Shown here: positions 1 through 10,198 of the stretch, piece after piece
How the letters are laid out: each line of letters begins with the position of its first letter
How positions within the stretch are numbered: the stretch's first letter is position 1
NCBI GenBank assembly: GCA_905235515.1
Contig: CAJOLV010000003.1
Coordinates: forward strand, 5,680 to 69,679
Origin: an uncultured Bacilli bacterium
Lineage (GTDB): Bacteria; Bacillota_I; Bacilli_A; RFN20; CAG-826
Length of the DNA: 64,000 nt
Reading direction: 5' to 3'
Translations under genes and position numbers: made by a program
Notes under the pieces: model-generated
The model's input: only the letters and a program-made list of their open reading frames with translations
Told to the model about the DNA's origin: nothing
Database searches by the model: none

Positions 1-2667
1 AGAATGAAGAGTCCTAGCCACAATAAAAGAGCAAACAATTGAAATGACAACTATTTCTAAGCACGCAATAAGAAGGGAAATTAAACAAGACACAAAAGCG
101 TGGTAAATCACAAATTTTTTCGATTCTTTTTTAGAAACACCTAAACATCTAGATAGAGCAATTTCTTTCTTGCTATCCAATACATGAAGATAAGTACACA
201 TGGTCAGTAATAGAGAGGCCACTAACGTAGCAATAATAGAAAAAGCAATTAAAGCTATTTCGATATAGGAGCATATTTGATCAACACTTTCATTGATGCT
301 ATTCATAGGATTTACAACTTCGTAATTAGGAAAGGCTTTAGTTATTTTGTTTATAATTTTTTCATTATGTTTATCAGTTGTATTAAAAGCGATTGAACTA
401 ATAATGGTGTCGAAACCTGAAACACCTAAACGAGATTTAAAATAATTAGTAATCCAATAGGGTTGCTGATAGATTTCATACTTATCATTTTCAATCAAAC
501 CAGTAACTCGCAAACTTCTATTAACGTAGGTTCTTTTTAAAGAGCCATCTTCTAAAATCATCTCCACATTGTTATAGGCGATAAATACATTTTTGCCTAA
601 AACTTCTAATGACCCATTTAATTGATTCGCTAGACCGGTAGAGATGACTATTTCATCCAAAGATTCTGGTTGACTTCCAGCAAATAAATTTTCAGATATT
701 GGCGCAAAACGCACACTTTCCGTCATTATTTTCGAAAAATGGCCTACCATTACCCCTTCTTGCAAGATAATATATTCGTTCCTCTCAAGATTTAAAGATG
801 AGTTTTCGTCAATTACTGATTCTAGTTTGGATTGACTAAATGAAAAAAATGTTTGATGAGCAAATCCTGATAACATATTTGAAGGGTAAAAGACATAACC
901 GCCACTACTCCCATAAATCGGCGATGATATTTCTTCGTTTTCTCTCATTAAAATGTTTGCGTACCTCTTGGGAATACTTTTTGCTGTATTAAGGTAAAAC
1001 GAGACTCGATGTCTATCCTCCACTTCCACATTCCGATATAACCACGGGTAGTCATAATCGTTAGCGATATCCAATATATAATCATCAAGATATTGCGATT
1101 GCTCTGCTTGTATTAAAAAATCATCAGTATTCCCAAATGTATGAAAATAATATGCTTTTTTCATAACCCATGGATAATAGTCAATTTGTGATATGTTGTC
1201 ATTGGTGGGAAATCTCATTCGATCCTCAAACATATATTCATTCCAAAGGTGATTTGAATGATAAATCCCCGGATTGGTTTCTAAAACAAAACCCTTTAAT
1301 GTAAATAATTGCTGGTCTCGATATTGCCAATCATTATTTGCGGCATCCAAGTAAATTAATAATTCATTGTTTTTAAGATAGTCTGATAGTGATTCAACCG
1401 TTCTTTCAATTCTCAATTTTAAACATATATCTTGCACCATAGGAAAATTTAAAGCAAATATTACTTCGTCATCTTTTAAATCTTTGATTTGTTTTGGATA
1501 AATAACGGGATTATAAAAATCTAACCATTTAAATTCATTAATATGCCTAATGGATAATCCTTCAATTGGTTGACGATATACAGTTGACGCAATTGCGAAT
1601 TCATTTTTGTCTTTAAAAAATTTTTCAAAATCAACTTGATAATTCACTCCCACATCCATAATGTGTTCTGGAAACTTTTTAGCAATTTCCATCGCCTCAT
1701 AATAATCGCCTGAACTTTTAATTATTTTTTGAGGTGGATTTTTAACGGTCATTACTATTTTTGAATCATCAATCATCGATGAATAAGCCTTTTTTATATT
1801 TGTGGAAATCGTAGAAGATAAGCTAATTGCTAGTCCAACCCCAATCAATCCTAGCGAAGTAATTAAATTACAAATTATCGTTCTCCATTTCTTTTCTTTC
1901 ATTGATATAAGAGAATGCCTAAAAAGAAATGAAGGGGGAATTGAAGGCTTTTTATTTGTTTCTTTATTTTTAAAAATAGGTAAATAAACCTCTCTTTCTT
2001 CACGATTTGGATATTCATTTGACGATATTTTTCCATCTTTCATGTGAATGATTTTGGAAGCATATTTATGCATCAATTCCTCATCATGGCTAACAACAAG
2101 AACAAGTGATTTCTTTGAAATGCTCTCTAAGATTTTCATCACTGCTTCTGAGTTTGTTGAATCCAAAGCACCAGTTGGTTCATCCGCTAAAATGATTTTT
2201 GGATCATTCACTAACGCTCTTGCGATAGCAATTCTTTGTCTTTCTCCACCAGACAATAAATTAATTTTTTGATCTTTATATTTCTTTAGACCCACTATTT
2301 CTAATAAGTCATCCACTTTTCTATCTTTGTATTTATCTTTCATATCGTTAGATAATTCTAATGGTAATAAGATGTTTCTTCCTGCTGTTTCGCTATTGAA
2401 CAATTTAAAATCTTGGAAAATAAAACCAATATGTTTTAATCGATAAATATCTCCTTCTTCTTCACTCAGTTTAGATAAATTAACTCCATCAACAATAATT
2501 TCACCTTCATAATCTAATAAGCATGATAGACAATTGAGAAATGTGGTTTTACCGCATCCCGAATCTCCACATATTGCAATTAAACCTGTACGTGGAAAAG
2601 AGGTATTGATATTATCTAATACCATTCTATCCTTATATTTCTTGGTCAATTTTTTAATTGTAATCAT
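1..2667 (-). CDS. ABC transporter, fused ATP-binding and FtsX-like permease protein (MacB-like); partial, C-terminus runs off the window start
   Basis: Reverse-strand ATG at 2665-2667 opens a frame that seems uninterrupted to position 1 (889 codons). The ORF track has no complete ORF of 60 aa or more in 1-1800, consistent with one long edge-truncated gene. N-terminus has Walker A GDSGCGKTT, ABC signature LSGGERQRIAIARAL and Walker B ILADEPTGALD, followed by a long hydrophobic and extracytoplasmic permease region. Start overlaps the stop of the upstream permease gene (ATGA-type coupling). Confidence 0.75.
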   Translation of the reverse strand, partial: MITIKKLTKKYKDRMVLDNINTSFPRTGLIAICGDSGCGKTTFLNCLSCLLDYEGEIIVDGVNLSKLSEEEGDIYRLKHIGFIFQDFKLFNSETAGRNILLPLELSNDMKDKYKDRKVDDLLEIVGLKKYKDQKINLLSGGERQRIAIARALVNDPKIILADEPTGALDSTNSEAVMKILESISKKSLVLVVSHDEELMHKYASKIIHMKDGKISSNEYPNREEREVYLPIFKNKETNKKPSIPPSFLFRHSLISMKEKKWRTIICNLITSLGLIGVGLAISLSSTISTNIKKAYSSMIDDSKIVMTVKNPPQKIIKSSGDYYEAMEIAKKFPEHIMDVGVNYQVDFEKFFKDKNEFAIASTVYRQPIEGLSIRHINEFKWLDFYNPVIYPKQIKDLKDDEVIFALNFPMVQDICLKLRIERTVESLSDYLKNNELLIYLDAANNDWQYRDQQLFTLKGFVLETNPGIYHSNHLWNEYMFEDRMRFPTNDNISQIDYYPWVMKKAYYFHTFGNTDDFLIQAEQSQYLDDYILDIANDYDYPWLYRNVEVEDRHRVSFYLNTAKSIPKRYANILMRENEEISSPIYGSSGGYVFYPSNMLSGFAHQTFFSFSQSKLESVIDENSSLNLERNEYIILQEGVMVGHFSKIMTESVRFAPISENLFAGSQPESLDEIVISTGLANQLNGSLEVLGKNVFIAYNNVEMILEDGSLKRTYVNRSLRVTGLIENDKYEIYQQPYWITNYFKSRLGVSGFDTIISSIAFNTTDKHNEKIINKITKAFPNYEVVNPMNSINESVDQICSYIEIALIAFSIIATLVASLLLTMCTYLHVLDSKKEIALSRCLGVSKKESKKFVIYHAFVSCLISLLIACLEIVVISIVCSFIVARTLHS

Positions 2668-4034
2668 TCGTCCTTTAATTCCTCCTTTAAAGAGATTTTT
2701 TTAGAAAACGCGATTGGCAAAAGAGTAGAAATTATCGAGATAAAAATAGTAGAAGCAAAGACCAGTAAAGGCAAACCTAATGGTATTTTCATAAACGTCA
2801 GTAAGGGGATTTTAATCAACTGTTCAAAGCCACTGAATGATTTAACAATCCAATTGATTAATAATTGCAATAATGGCGCAATTGTTATTGATATAACAAA
2901 TGCAGTAATGCCAATCATCATATTTTCGGTGCAATATATGTCATTTATGTCACTCATCTTTCCTCCTAAACACACTAATATTGCAATCGTCTTCTTATCT
3001 TCTAAATAGAAGGAAAATGAAACTATTCCCATAATTAAAGAGGTACCAATTAATGCGATGATTAAAAACACTTCCATTCCCGTTGTGGCGGCGTTAATCA
3101 AACTAGTTAAAGCGTTTAATCTCGTTAAAGATGAACAAGTTATTTCAAATGGCTCTTTGATTTGAGCAATGTCTTCTTCTAATGATGGAATAAAATTATA
3201 GTCTTTTAAAAATAGTCGATATGAGTAACTAGAAACGGAATCCGCTCCGCTTGATTCGTCTATACGATTTATCCAGGATATATCTTTTTCGTAATATGTA
3301 GATAAATTATTGAGATAAATAGTAGATAAATAATCTTTTAACGCTAAATAGGAATAATAAACCTTAGGTGTAGAGAGAAAATTTAAATCATCGACAACAC
3401 CAACAATTGTTACTTCTTTTTCAAAGATAAAATAATCTGTGATTGCTGGTTGTTGATCATCGTCCGTATAATATGTAATTTCACATTCTTGATATAATTT
3501 TAATTGTTTATTTAAACAAGATTCGTTTAATTCTTTAAAAGCCTTTTTATTAATTACCACTTCATCCAATATATCTTTATTTGGCATTTTTCCATCAATA
3601 AGTAAATCTTTATTGATGTAGTTACCCGTAAAAGAATAAATACATTCATATGTAAAATCCTTTAATGTTTCTTGATCATAAGTAATGTTTAAATAATTTG
3701 GCAAAATAGCATCAAAGTTGAGGTCAACTTCATATTGTGTTAATTGGGAGTTGATACTCTGCATTTCTTCAATTGTGGGACGATTATTTCTCACGACAGA
3801 TAGCCCACCATTTTTGCTTTCTGTTTTAATTTCTTTTGTAATGGTTAAACTTCCATATTCCAATTGCCGGTAACTTTGATTGATAACTGATTTCATAGCG
3901 TTATTAGAAAAACCAATAATTAAAAACGAGGCCGTTAATCCAATTACCAACGCTGCAACAGAAAAGAAGTTTCTTTTCATATGCTTTTTTAAATTAGAAA
4001 TAGCTAAATGATTGACCCATTTTCTTTTTCTCAT
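2664..4034 (-). CDS. ABC transporter permease, FtsX-like, with N-terminal TM helix, large extracytoplasmic domain and C-terminal TM bundle
   Basis: 456-aa ORF with N-terminal TM (FFSVAALVIGLTASFLIIGF) and C-terminal multi-TM FtsX-like region. Sits directly downstream of an ABC ATPase and is translationally coupled to the next gene. Confidence 0.75.
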   Translation of the reverse strand: MRKRKWVNHLAISNLKKHMKRNFFSVAALVIGLTASFLIIGFSNNAMKSVINQSYRQLEYGSLTITKEIKTESKNGGLSVVRNNRPTIEEMQSINSQLTQYEVDLNFDAILPNYLNITYDQETLKDFTYECIYSFTGNYINKDLLIDGKMPNKDILDEVVINKKAFKELNESCLNKQLKLYQECEITYYTDDDQQPAITDYFIFEKEVTIVGVVDDLNFLSTPKVYYSYLALKDYLSTIYLNNLSTYYEKDISWINRIDESSGADSVSSYSYRLFLKDYNFIPSLEEDIAQIKEPFEITCSSLTRLNALTSLINAATTGMEVFLIIALIGTSLIMGIVSFSFYLEDKKTIAILVCLGGKMSDINDIYCTENMMIGITAFVISITIAPLLQLLINWIVKSFSGFEQLIKIPLLTFMKIPLGLPLLVFASTIFISIISTLLPIAFSKKISLKEELKDE

Positions 4035-4039
4035 TAACT

Positions 4040-4756
4040 TTACCTCAATGTTTTTGCTTTCTGTTTTATGATGGCACCATCTTTGATGGTAATAATCTCA
4101 TCAGCGTATTTATCAATTAATTTGTTATTGTGTGATACCATGATGACCAATTTGCTTTTGCTGATGTCTTTAAACATTTTCATGAACAATTCAGAGTTTT
4201 TACTATCTAACGCTCCTGTAGGCTCGTCCGCTAAAACAATTCGTGGATTGTTAGCAATAGATCTCAATATCGCCACCCTTTCTTTTTCGCCACCACTTAA
4301 ATCTCTAACTTTTTGTTGATAAAGGTTATTTCTAAATTCAATTGAATCTAGTAATTCTTTGGCGTGTTTGATTGCTTTCTTTTCGCTTTTTCCCGCAATT
4401 AGTTGAGGAAGAGCAATGTTATAAATAACACTTTCACTTTCAATAAGGTTATAGTGCTGAAAAACTATACCTATATCTTGGAAACGATATTGTCTTTTTC
4501 TTTTTTCATTCCATTTTTGGATATTTTCATTAGTGAAATAAATATCTCCACTAGTGGGTTTATCTAATAAAGAAATGAGATTTAACAAGGTAGATTTACC
4601 CGAGCCCGACTTTCCAATCACTCCAAAAAAGCCTGTGGAAGGAAAGGTATAAGAAAAGTGATGAAGAGCGTGTTTAATCCCTCCACTAGTTTCATAAGAA
4701 CGGGTCACGTTGTTAATGTTTAATAAATCCATAAATTCCCTAAATTGCGGAGGCAA
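4040..4756 (-). CDS. ABC transporter ATP-binding protein (MacB/LolD-like); the ORF-track start is a TTG, and the likely true start is the ATG at 4732 (MDLLNINN...)
   Basis: Walker A GKSGSGKST, signature LSGGEKERVAILRSI and Walker B VLADEPTGALD. First gene of a three-gene ABC exporter operon on the minus strand. Confidence 0.9.
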   Translation of the reverse strand: MPPQFREFMDLLNINNVTRSYETSGGIKHALHHFSYTFPSTGFFGVIGKSGSGKSTLLNLISLLDKPTSGDIYFTNENIQKWNEKRKRQYRFQDIGIVFQHYNLIESESVIYNIALPQLIAGKSEKKAIKHAKELLDSIEFRNNLYQQKVRDLSGGEKERVAILRSIANNPRIVLADEPTGALDSKNSELFMKMFKDISKSKLVIMVSHNNKLIDKYADEIITIKDGAIIKQKAKTLR

Positions 4757-5044
4757 GAACTTCCCGCCAATTGATATTGGTTCCTCCTGTTGCTATAAAG
4801 AAGTAGTTTGTTATGGGAATAGTCAAGAAACAATGCTATCCCCCTTCTTTTTTATCTAGATAGTCAAACTAGGATAGAGCAAAACCGTTTCAACTGACTT
4901 CTTCAAAAACATTTGTCGAGGAGGGTGGCGGTACTCGGTGAATGTTGAGTTCACATTAAAAAGTCCTCCTATAAACTATTCGGAGAAATTTAAATTTAGT
5001 TGCACATTTTTGTAAAATTTTTGAATAAAGTTTTTAGGAAATAT

Positions 5045-5075
5045 AAAAACGCTACTAAGTAGCGTCTTCTTTTTT
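5045..5075 (-). terminator. Rho-independent terminator downstream of fhs (hairpin CGCTAC-taa-GTAGCG followed by a U-run on the minus strand)
   Basis: GC-containing 6-bp stem with a 3-nt loop, followed by TTTTT on the minus strand, placed 20 nt after the fhs stop codon. Confidence 0.6.
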
Positions 5076-5094
5076 ATTGTTGGTTATTTTTTTG

Positions 5095-6699
5095 CTATTC
5101 GTCTTCCATTTTTACCGCAGCTGGAATCTTTGGTAAACCTGGCATTGTCATAACTGCTCCAGTTAATGGAACTAGGAATCCGGCACCTGCAGATAAGCGA
5201 ATTTCTCTAATGGTTATAACAAAGTTTTCTGGTCTTCCTAATACCTTTGGATTATCAGTTAATGAGAGAGGCGTTTTAGCAATGCAAATTGGTGTTTTAT
5301 CAAATCCCAATCTCTCATATTCTTTAATTTGTTCTAAAGCCTTTTCACCATAGATAACATCGCTAGCGCCATAAATTTCCTTACAAATCGCGCCTATTTT
5401 TTCAGGAATTGATTGATTTACATCATAAAGTGGATGGTAATGTGACTCTTTGTTTTCCAAGACATCTTTCACTTTTTGAGCAAGAGCAACTGAACCTTCA
5501 CCACCACAGGAATAACCATCACAGAAGGCGTAATCATAACCTTTGGATTCAATCCATTTGATTAAAGCTTCTGTTTCAGCTTTGGTATCTTTAGTGAAGT
5601 GGTTAATACAAATAACGGCTGGGACATCATATTTTGCCATATTCTCCATGTGTTTTTCTAAGTTGCAAACACCTTTTAATAAAGCTTCAATATTTTCATT
5701 GTCTAAATCTTCAAAAGCTTGCCCACCGTGCATCTTAAGAGCGCGGATAGTTGCAACCATCACGATGGCGTCTGGGTGTAAACCACCAACACGGCATTTG
5801 ATGTCTAAGAATTTTTCGGCGCCTAAGTCACCGCCGAAGCCAGCCTCTGTAATGACAACTGGAGCCAATTTAAGTGCTAAGCTTGTTGCAATTAAAGAGT
5901 TACAACCATGAGCGATATTAGCAAATGGTCCGCCATGGATAATAACTGGATTTTCTTCTAATGTTTGAACAAGATTTGGTAATAACGCTTGTCTCATTAA
6001 TTTCATAATGGCGTTACTAATCTTTAATTCTTGTAAACGAACTGGTCTGTCATCAAATGTATAAGCAACAACAATGTTGTTAATACGATTTTTAAAGTCT
6101 TCAGCGTCTTTAGAGATACAAAGAATCGCCATTAATTCAGAGGCAACAGTGATAACGAATTCATCGTGTCTTGGTTGACCTTTCTTTTCGTCTTGCATAA
6201 CTGTCACGCTTCTTAAAGCGCGGTCATTCATGTCTAGTGCTCTTTTCCAAATGATACGAGATGGATCAATACCAATTTCATTGCCTTGGAAAATGTGATT
6301 ATCAATGATAGCGGAGATTAAATTAATTGAACTTGTCAAAGCGTGCATATCGCCTGTGAAATGTAAATTGATATCTTCGGTTGGGATAACTGTGGCTAAT
6401 CCACCACCAGTTGCGCCACCTTTTAAACCAAAAACAGGGCCCAATGATGGCTCTCTTAAGCAGAGTAAAGAAGGAACACCAATCTTATTCATTCCATCAT
6501 GCAAACAGATGGAAGATGTGGTTTTACCTTCACCAACTTTAGTTGGGGTAATCGCGGTTACTAAAACTAACTTACCAGTTTTGTTGCCTTTTACTTCTTC
6601 TAAAATATCAGATGAAATTTTAGCCTTGTCGTTACCATATTGGATAACGTATTTTTCATTAATACCGGCTTTTTTGGCAATTTCAACAATATGTTTCAT
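5095..6699 (-). CDS. fhs: Formate--tetrahydrofolate ligase
   Basis: 534 aa. N-terminus MKHIVEIAKKAGI..., P-loop TPTKVGEGKTTSSI, and a full-length match to the FTHFS family. Confidence 0.95.
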   Translation of the reverse strand: MKHIVEIAKKAGINEKYVIQYGNDKAKISSDILEEVKGNKTGKLVLVTAITPTKVGEGKTTSSICLHDGMNKIGVPSLLCLREPSLGPVFGLKGGATGGGLATVIPTEDINLHFTGDMHALTSSINLISAIIDNHIFQGNEIGIDPSRIIWKRALDMNDRALRSVTVMQDEKKGQPRHDEFVITVASELMAILCISKDAEDFKNRINNIVVAYTFDDRPVRLQELKISNAIMKLMRQALLPNLVQTLEENPVIIHGGPFANIAHGCNSLIATSLALKLAPVVITEAGFGGDLGAEKFLDIKCRVGGLHPDAIVMVATIRALKMHGGQAFEDLDNENIEALLKGVCNLEKHMENMAKYDVPAVICINHFTKDTKAETEALIKWIESKGYDYAFCDGYSCGGEGSVALAQKVKDVLENKESHYHPLYDVNQSIPEKIGAICKEIYGASDVIYGEKALEQIKEYERLGFDKTPICIAKTPLSLTDNPKVLGRPENFVITIREIRLSAGAGFLVPLTGAVMTMPGLPKIPAAVKMEDE

Positions 6700-6744
6700 A
6701 CTATCAAATCTCCTAACATTGTTTTTTATTATAAAATAAACTTT

Positions 6745-7632
6745 CTACATATCAATCAATTTTACATTTATGTAATCAAATAAATCTTTGGGCTTATTAA
6801 ATTCATGTGTTTCAAACTGATGTTTGAAGAATGTGACTTGTCTTTTTGCGTAGTTTCTTGTTCTCTTTTTAATCAATTCCTTGCATTCTTCTAAAGTGGT
6901 TTGGCCATTTAAATAATCGATAACTTCTTTATATCCAATCGCCTGATATGCGGTGAGAGAGAACTGATACTTTTCTAATAGTTTTTTTACTTCTTCTACT
7001 AAGCCATTTTCAAACATTTGATCGACTCGGTCATTGATATGTTCATATAAGTCTTCTCTTTTTGGATTTAAGAATAATATTTCAATATCATTGTATCTTA
7101 ACTTATGTTCTTGTTTAGCGATGTTTTCACTTTTAGTGAGACCGCCATTTTCCGCAAAGACTAACGCACGTATTACCCTTTTACGATTGTTTGGGTGAAT
7201 TGTTTCAGCAGAAGAAGGATCAATTTTTTCTAACATTTGATGAAGTTCTTCGTTAGAAAAGTCGTTATATTTGGAGTTATCAAATTCTTCCTCTTCTGGG
7301 AATTGATAATCATATAACGCTGCGCGGATATATAATCCTGTGCCACCGCAAATAATAACATCTTTATTACTTTGCAATAATTTTGGAAACACTTTATCAA
7401 AATCTTCACGATATTGTTTCACTGAATAAGTTTGAGCAGGATTGATTATATCAATTAAATAATGCTTTTGATAAATTGGATCACTCTTCTCAATTTTAGC
7501 GGTGCCAATATTCATTTCTTGATAAATTTGAAAAGCATCCGCATTAACAATAGGCAAATGATACTTGTCGCTTAATTGGCAAGCAATAGCTGTTTTCCCA
7601 CTACCAGTTGGACCAACAATTACGTAAATCAT
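6745..7632 (-). CDS. miaA: tRNA dimethylallyltransferase
   Basis: 295 aa. N-terminal P-loop VIVGPTGSGKTAIA and the MiaA-family motif PIVNADAFQIYQEMNIGTAK. Lies downstream of miaB as in Bacillus. Confidence 0.95.
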   Translation of the reverse strand: MIYVIVGPTGSGKTAIACQLSDKYHLPIVNADAFQIYQEMNIGTAKIEKSDPIYQKHYLIDIINPAQTYSVKQYREDFDKVFPKLLQSNKDVIICGGTGLYIRAALYDYQFPEEEEFDNSKYNDFSNEELHQMLEKIDPSSAETIHPNNRKRVIRALVFAENGGLTKSENIAKQEHKLRYNDIEILFLNPKREDLYEHINDRVDQMFENGLVEEVKKLLEKYQFSLTAYQAIGYKEVIDYLNGQTTLEECKELIKKRTRNYAKRQVTFFKHQFETHEFNKPKDLFDYINVKLIDM

Positions 7633-7673
7633 TTCTCGTATATTATAAACAAAAGAAAAGCGAGTAGTTAATA

Positions 7674-7952
7674 CTAATCGCTTAATATGTCTTTAATTTG
7701 GGTTAACAATGTCACAACCTCATCTCTAGCTATGGAATAATTCGAAACAAGAGGATGAGAATTATAGACTTTTATCAAATTATCATGTTCCAACTTTTTT
7801 CCTTCACTAGCCAGCCGAGCAATATCTTGTCGCATTGACTTTAGTGATTCATCTTTTTCCAAGGCTTCTTTTAATTGAAGGAATTCTTTTATTTCAGGGA
7901 GTTTATATAATTCTTCACTGAGATTTTTTAATGCTTCATCAGTTTTATTCAT
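7674..7952 (-). CDS. Small helical YmcA/YlbF-family (RicA-like) protein
   Basis: 92-aa charged helical protein placed immediately downstream of miaB, exactly as ymcA (ricA) follows ymcB (miaB) in B. subtilis. The K/E-rich heptad composition is typical of the Com_YlbF family. No catalytic motifs. Confidence 0.5.
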   Translation of the reverse strand: MNKTDEALKNLSEELYKLPEIKEFLQLKEALEKDESLKSMRQDIARLASEGKKLEHDNLIKVYNSHPLVSNYSIARDEVVTLLTQIKDILSD

Positions 7953-9384
7953 TGACTAATTCTCCAATCAAAGAATAAGTATGTGATTCAATAATTCTCA
8001 CTTTAACAATCTTACCGATTAAAGAATTATCACCCTTAAAATGCACCATTTTGTTGGTTTCTGTATATCCAGACATCATTTCTTTGTTGTTTTTGCTCTC
8101 ACCATCAACAAGAATATCATAGATATTGCCCACCATTTCTTTTGATGATTTTTCAATATTTACTTCTAAATGTTTAACTAATTCTTGGAAACGTCTTGAT
8201 TTTACTTCGTATGGCACATTGTCCACCATCCGAGCAGCAGGAGTGCCTTTTCTTGGTGAATAGATGAATGTGAAGGCAGCTTCATATTTCACGATATCCA
8301 CTAAAGAGACTGTATCTAAGAATTCTTCTTCGGTTTCATTTGGAAATCCCACAATAATATCTGTTGATAAAGATAATCCCGGAATCTTCTCACGCATTTC
8401 CTTCACCAAATCTAGATATTTTTGACGCGTATATCTTCTCCCCATCTTTCTTAAAATTTCATCATTACCGGATTGCACTGGTAAATGAATGAATTTCATA
8501 ATATTTGGATATTTTGCAATCACATCAATCATCTTAGATGAGAAATCCCATGGATGAGAGGTGGTAAATCTAAGTCTTGGAATGCCTAATTTAGCAACTG
8601 CTTCCATTAAATCCGCAAAGTCATGGCCTTCATCGAGATCTTTACCATAGGCATTAACATTTTGTCCTAATAAAGTAATTTCCTGATAACCAGCATCCAC
8701 TAGTTGTTGACATTCTTTAATAACTTCATCAAATTTACGACTTCTTTCTTTGCCTCTAGTATATGGGACAATACAATAGGTACAGAATTTATCACAGCCA
8801 TAAATGATATTAACAAATGCTTTGTAGTTGTTATTTCTTCTCACTGGAAGTTCTTCTATAACTTCCCCTGCTTTGCTCTCAACGGCGACAATTCTTTCAC
8901 CAGTAGTAAGGCATTGATAAAGCAAATTATAGAGATTTGCAATCTCATGAGTACCAAAGAATAAGTTAACCTCTTTAAAAGTATTTAAAACATGATCCAA
9001 AATCTCAGGCTCTTCAACCATGCAACCGCACAATGCAAGGACCATATTTTTTTTCTTTTTTCTGAGGTATTTAAGGTTACCAATTTCACCATAAACTTTG
9101 TCCTCAGCATTCTCCCTAACGGCACATGTATTGATGATGATTAAATCGGCGTTTTCAACATTTTCAGCGGGGAAATAACCAATATTTTCCATCATTCCAC
9201 GCATTGTTTCCTCATCTCTCACGTTAGCTTGACACCCATATGTTTTGATATAGTATTTAAGCCCTTTAACAAGGGGCATTAACTCGTTCATTTTATCGAG
9301 GTGAATTTGGTCAAAACGGGTTGCCTCTCTTTTACGAGAAGCAGCCTTTAATAAGTCAGGCGAATTTATAACCTTCGTTTTCAT
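7945..9384 (-). CDS. miaB: tRNA-2-methylthio-N6-dimethylallyladenosine synthase (radical SAM methylthiotransferase)
   Basis: 479 aa. MTTase N-terminal domain (YIKTYGCQANVRDEE), radical SAM CxxxCxxC (GCDKFCTYCIVPYTRG) and a C-terminal TRAM domain. Confidence 0.95.
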   Translation of the reverse strand: MKTKVINSPDLLKAASRKREATRFDQIHLDKMNELMPLVKGLKYYIKTYGCQANVRDEETMRGMMENIGYFPAENVENADLIIINTCAVRENAEDKVYGEIGNLKYLRKKKKNMVLALCGCMVEEPEILDHVLNTFKEVNLFFGTHEIANLYNLLYQCLTTGERIVAVESKAGEVIEELPVRRNNNYKAFVNIIYGCDKFCTYCIVPYTRGKERSRKFDEVIKECQQLVDAGYQEITLLGQNVNAYGKDLDEGHDFADLMEAVAKLGIPRLRFTTSHPWDFSSKMIDVIAKYPNIMKFIHLPVQSGNDEILRKMGRRYTRQKYLDLVKEMREKIPGLSLSTDIIVGFPNETEEEFLDTVSLVDIVKYEAAFTFIYSPRKGTPAARMVDNVPYEVKSRRFQELVKHLEVNIEKSSKEMVGNIYDILVDGESKNNKEMMSGYTETNKMVHFKGDNSLIGKIVKVRIIESHTYSLIGELVNE

Positions 9385-10176
9385 TTAACAATTTTTCCCT
9401 TCAATGTAATAAATTGAGAATATATCCCTTGCTAAACCAGTCAATTCATCAATATCAATAACGACCGCCGAGAAGAGTGCTTCTCCTTCGTCATGAAGTT
9501 GGAATTTTGCTTGTGCACCATAAATTGTTTTTTGGACAACTGATTCTACTTCAAAACCCAAGATGCTATCATATTCCCCACACATGCCAACATCACTGAT
9601 GAAAGCTGTACCTTTTGGTAATACGTGAGCATCATTAGTTTGAACGTGTGTATGAGTGCCTAATACCGCAGCGACCTTGCCATCAAAAGCTCGGGCAAAA
9701 GCCATCTTTTCGGCAGTGGCTTCTCCGTGAAAATCAATAATATCAATGTTGACTTGTTCATCATCTGACATGACTTCTAACATGGCGTAATATGGATTAT
9801 TCACTTGTTCATTTATGAAAGCTTCACCCAGAATGTTAGTGACTCTGATATTAATACCATCAACATCAAAGATGACGCTTCCTTCACCTGGGAAAGGTTT
9901 CAATAAATTGACTGGTCTCACTAAACGATCGACTCGCTCAATATAACGAGTAATCTCATTTTTTGAGTCATAATGATTACCTAAAGTAATCACATCAATA
10001 CCAGCGTTAATTAATTCGTTATAGTGATTATAAATTAATCCCTTGCCGTGGGTAGCATTTTCCCCGTTAGCGATAACAAAATCAATATTGTATTTTTCAA
10101 CAAAATAATTGAGTTTGTCTTTAACGATACGGCGACCAATTTTACCAACGATATCTCCGATAAATAAAACTTTCAA
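9385..10176 (-). CDS. ymdB: YmdB-family metallophosphoesterase (2',3'-cyclic-nucleotide phosphodiesterase)
   Basis: 263 aa. MKVLFIGDIVGKIGRR..., GNHY and GTHTHVQT metallophosphatase motifs. Sits directly downstream of rny, as in Bacillus. Confidence 0.9.
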   Translation of the reverse strand: MKVLFIGDIVGKIGRRIVKDKLNYFVEKYNIDFVIANGENATHGKGLIYNHYNELINAGIDVITLGNHYDSKNEITRYIERVDRLVRPVNLLKPFPGEGSVIFDVDGINIRVTNILGEAFINEQVNNPYYAMLEVMSDDEQVNIDIIDFHGEATAEKMAFARAFDGKVAAVLGTHTHVQTNDAHVLPKGTAFISDVGMCGEYDSILGFEVESVVQKTIYGAQAKFQLHDEGEALFSAVVIDIDELTGLARDIFSIYYIEGKNC

Positions 10177-10198
10177 AATAACTCTTTTCTATGAAACA

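Noticed and set aside
4921-4945. T-box-like motif AGGGTGGCGGTACTCGG on the plus strand in the fhs / ABC-operon intergenic region
   Set aside because: It is a poor match to the T-box consensus AGGGUGGNACCGCG. It is on the strand with no downstream gene, and there is no specifier loop or antiterminator context.
5543-6739. Plus-strand ORFs (5543-5911 and 6305-6739) antisense to fhs
   Set aside because: They lie entirely inside the well-supported fhs CDS on the opposite strand. They are Pro/Ala-rich antisense artefacts.
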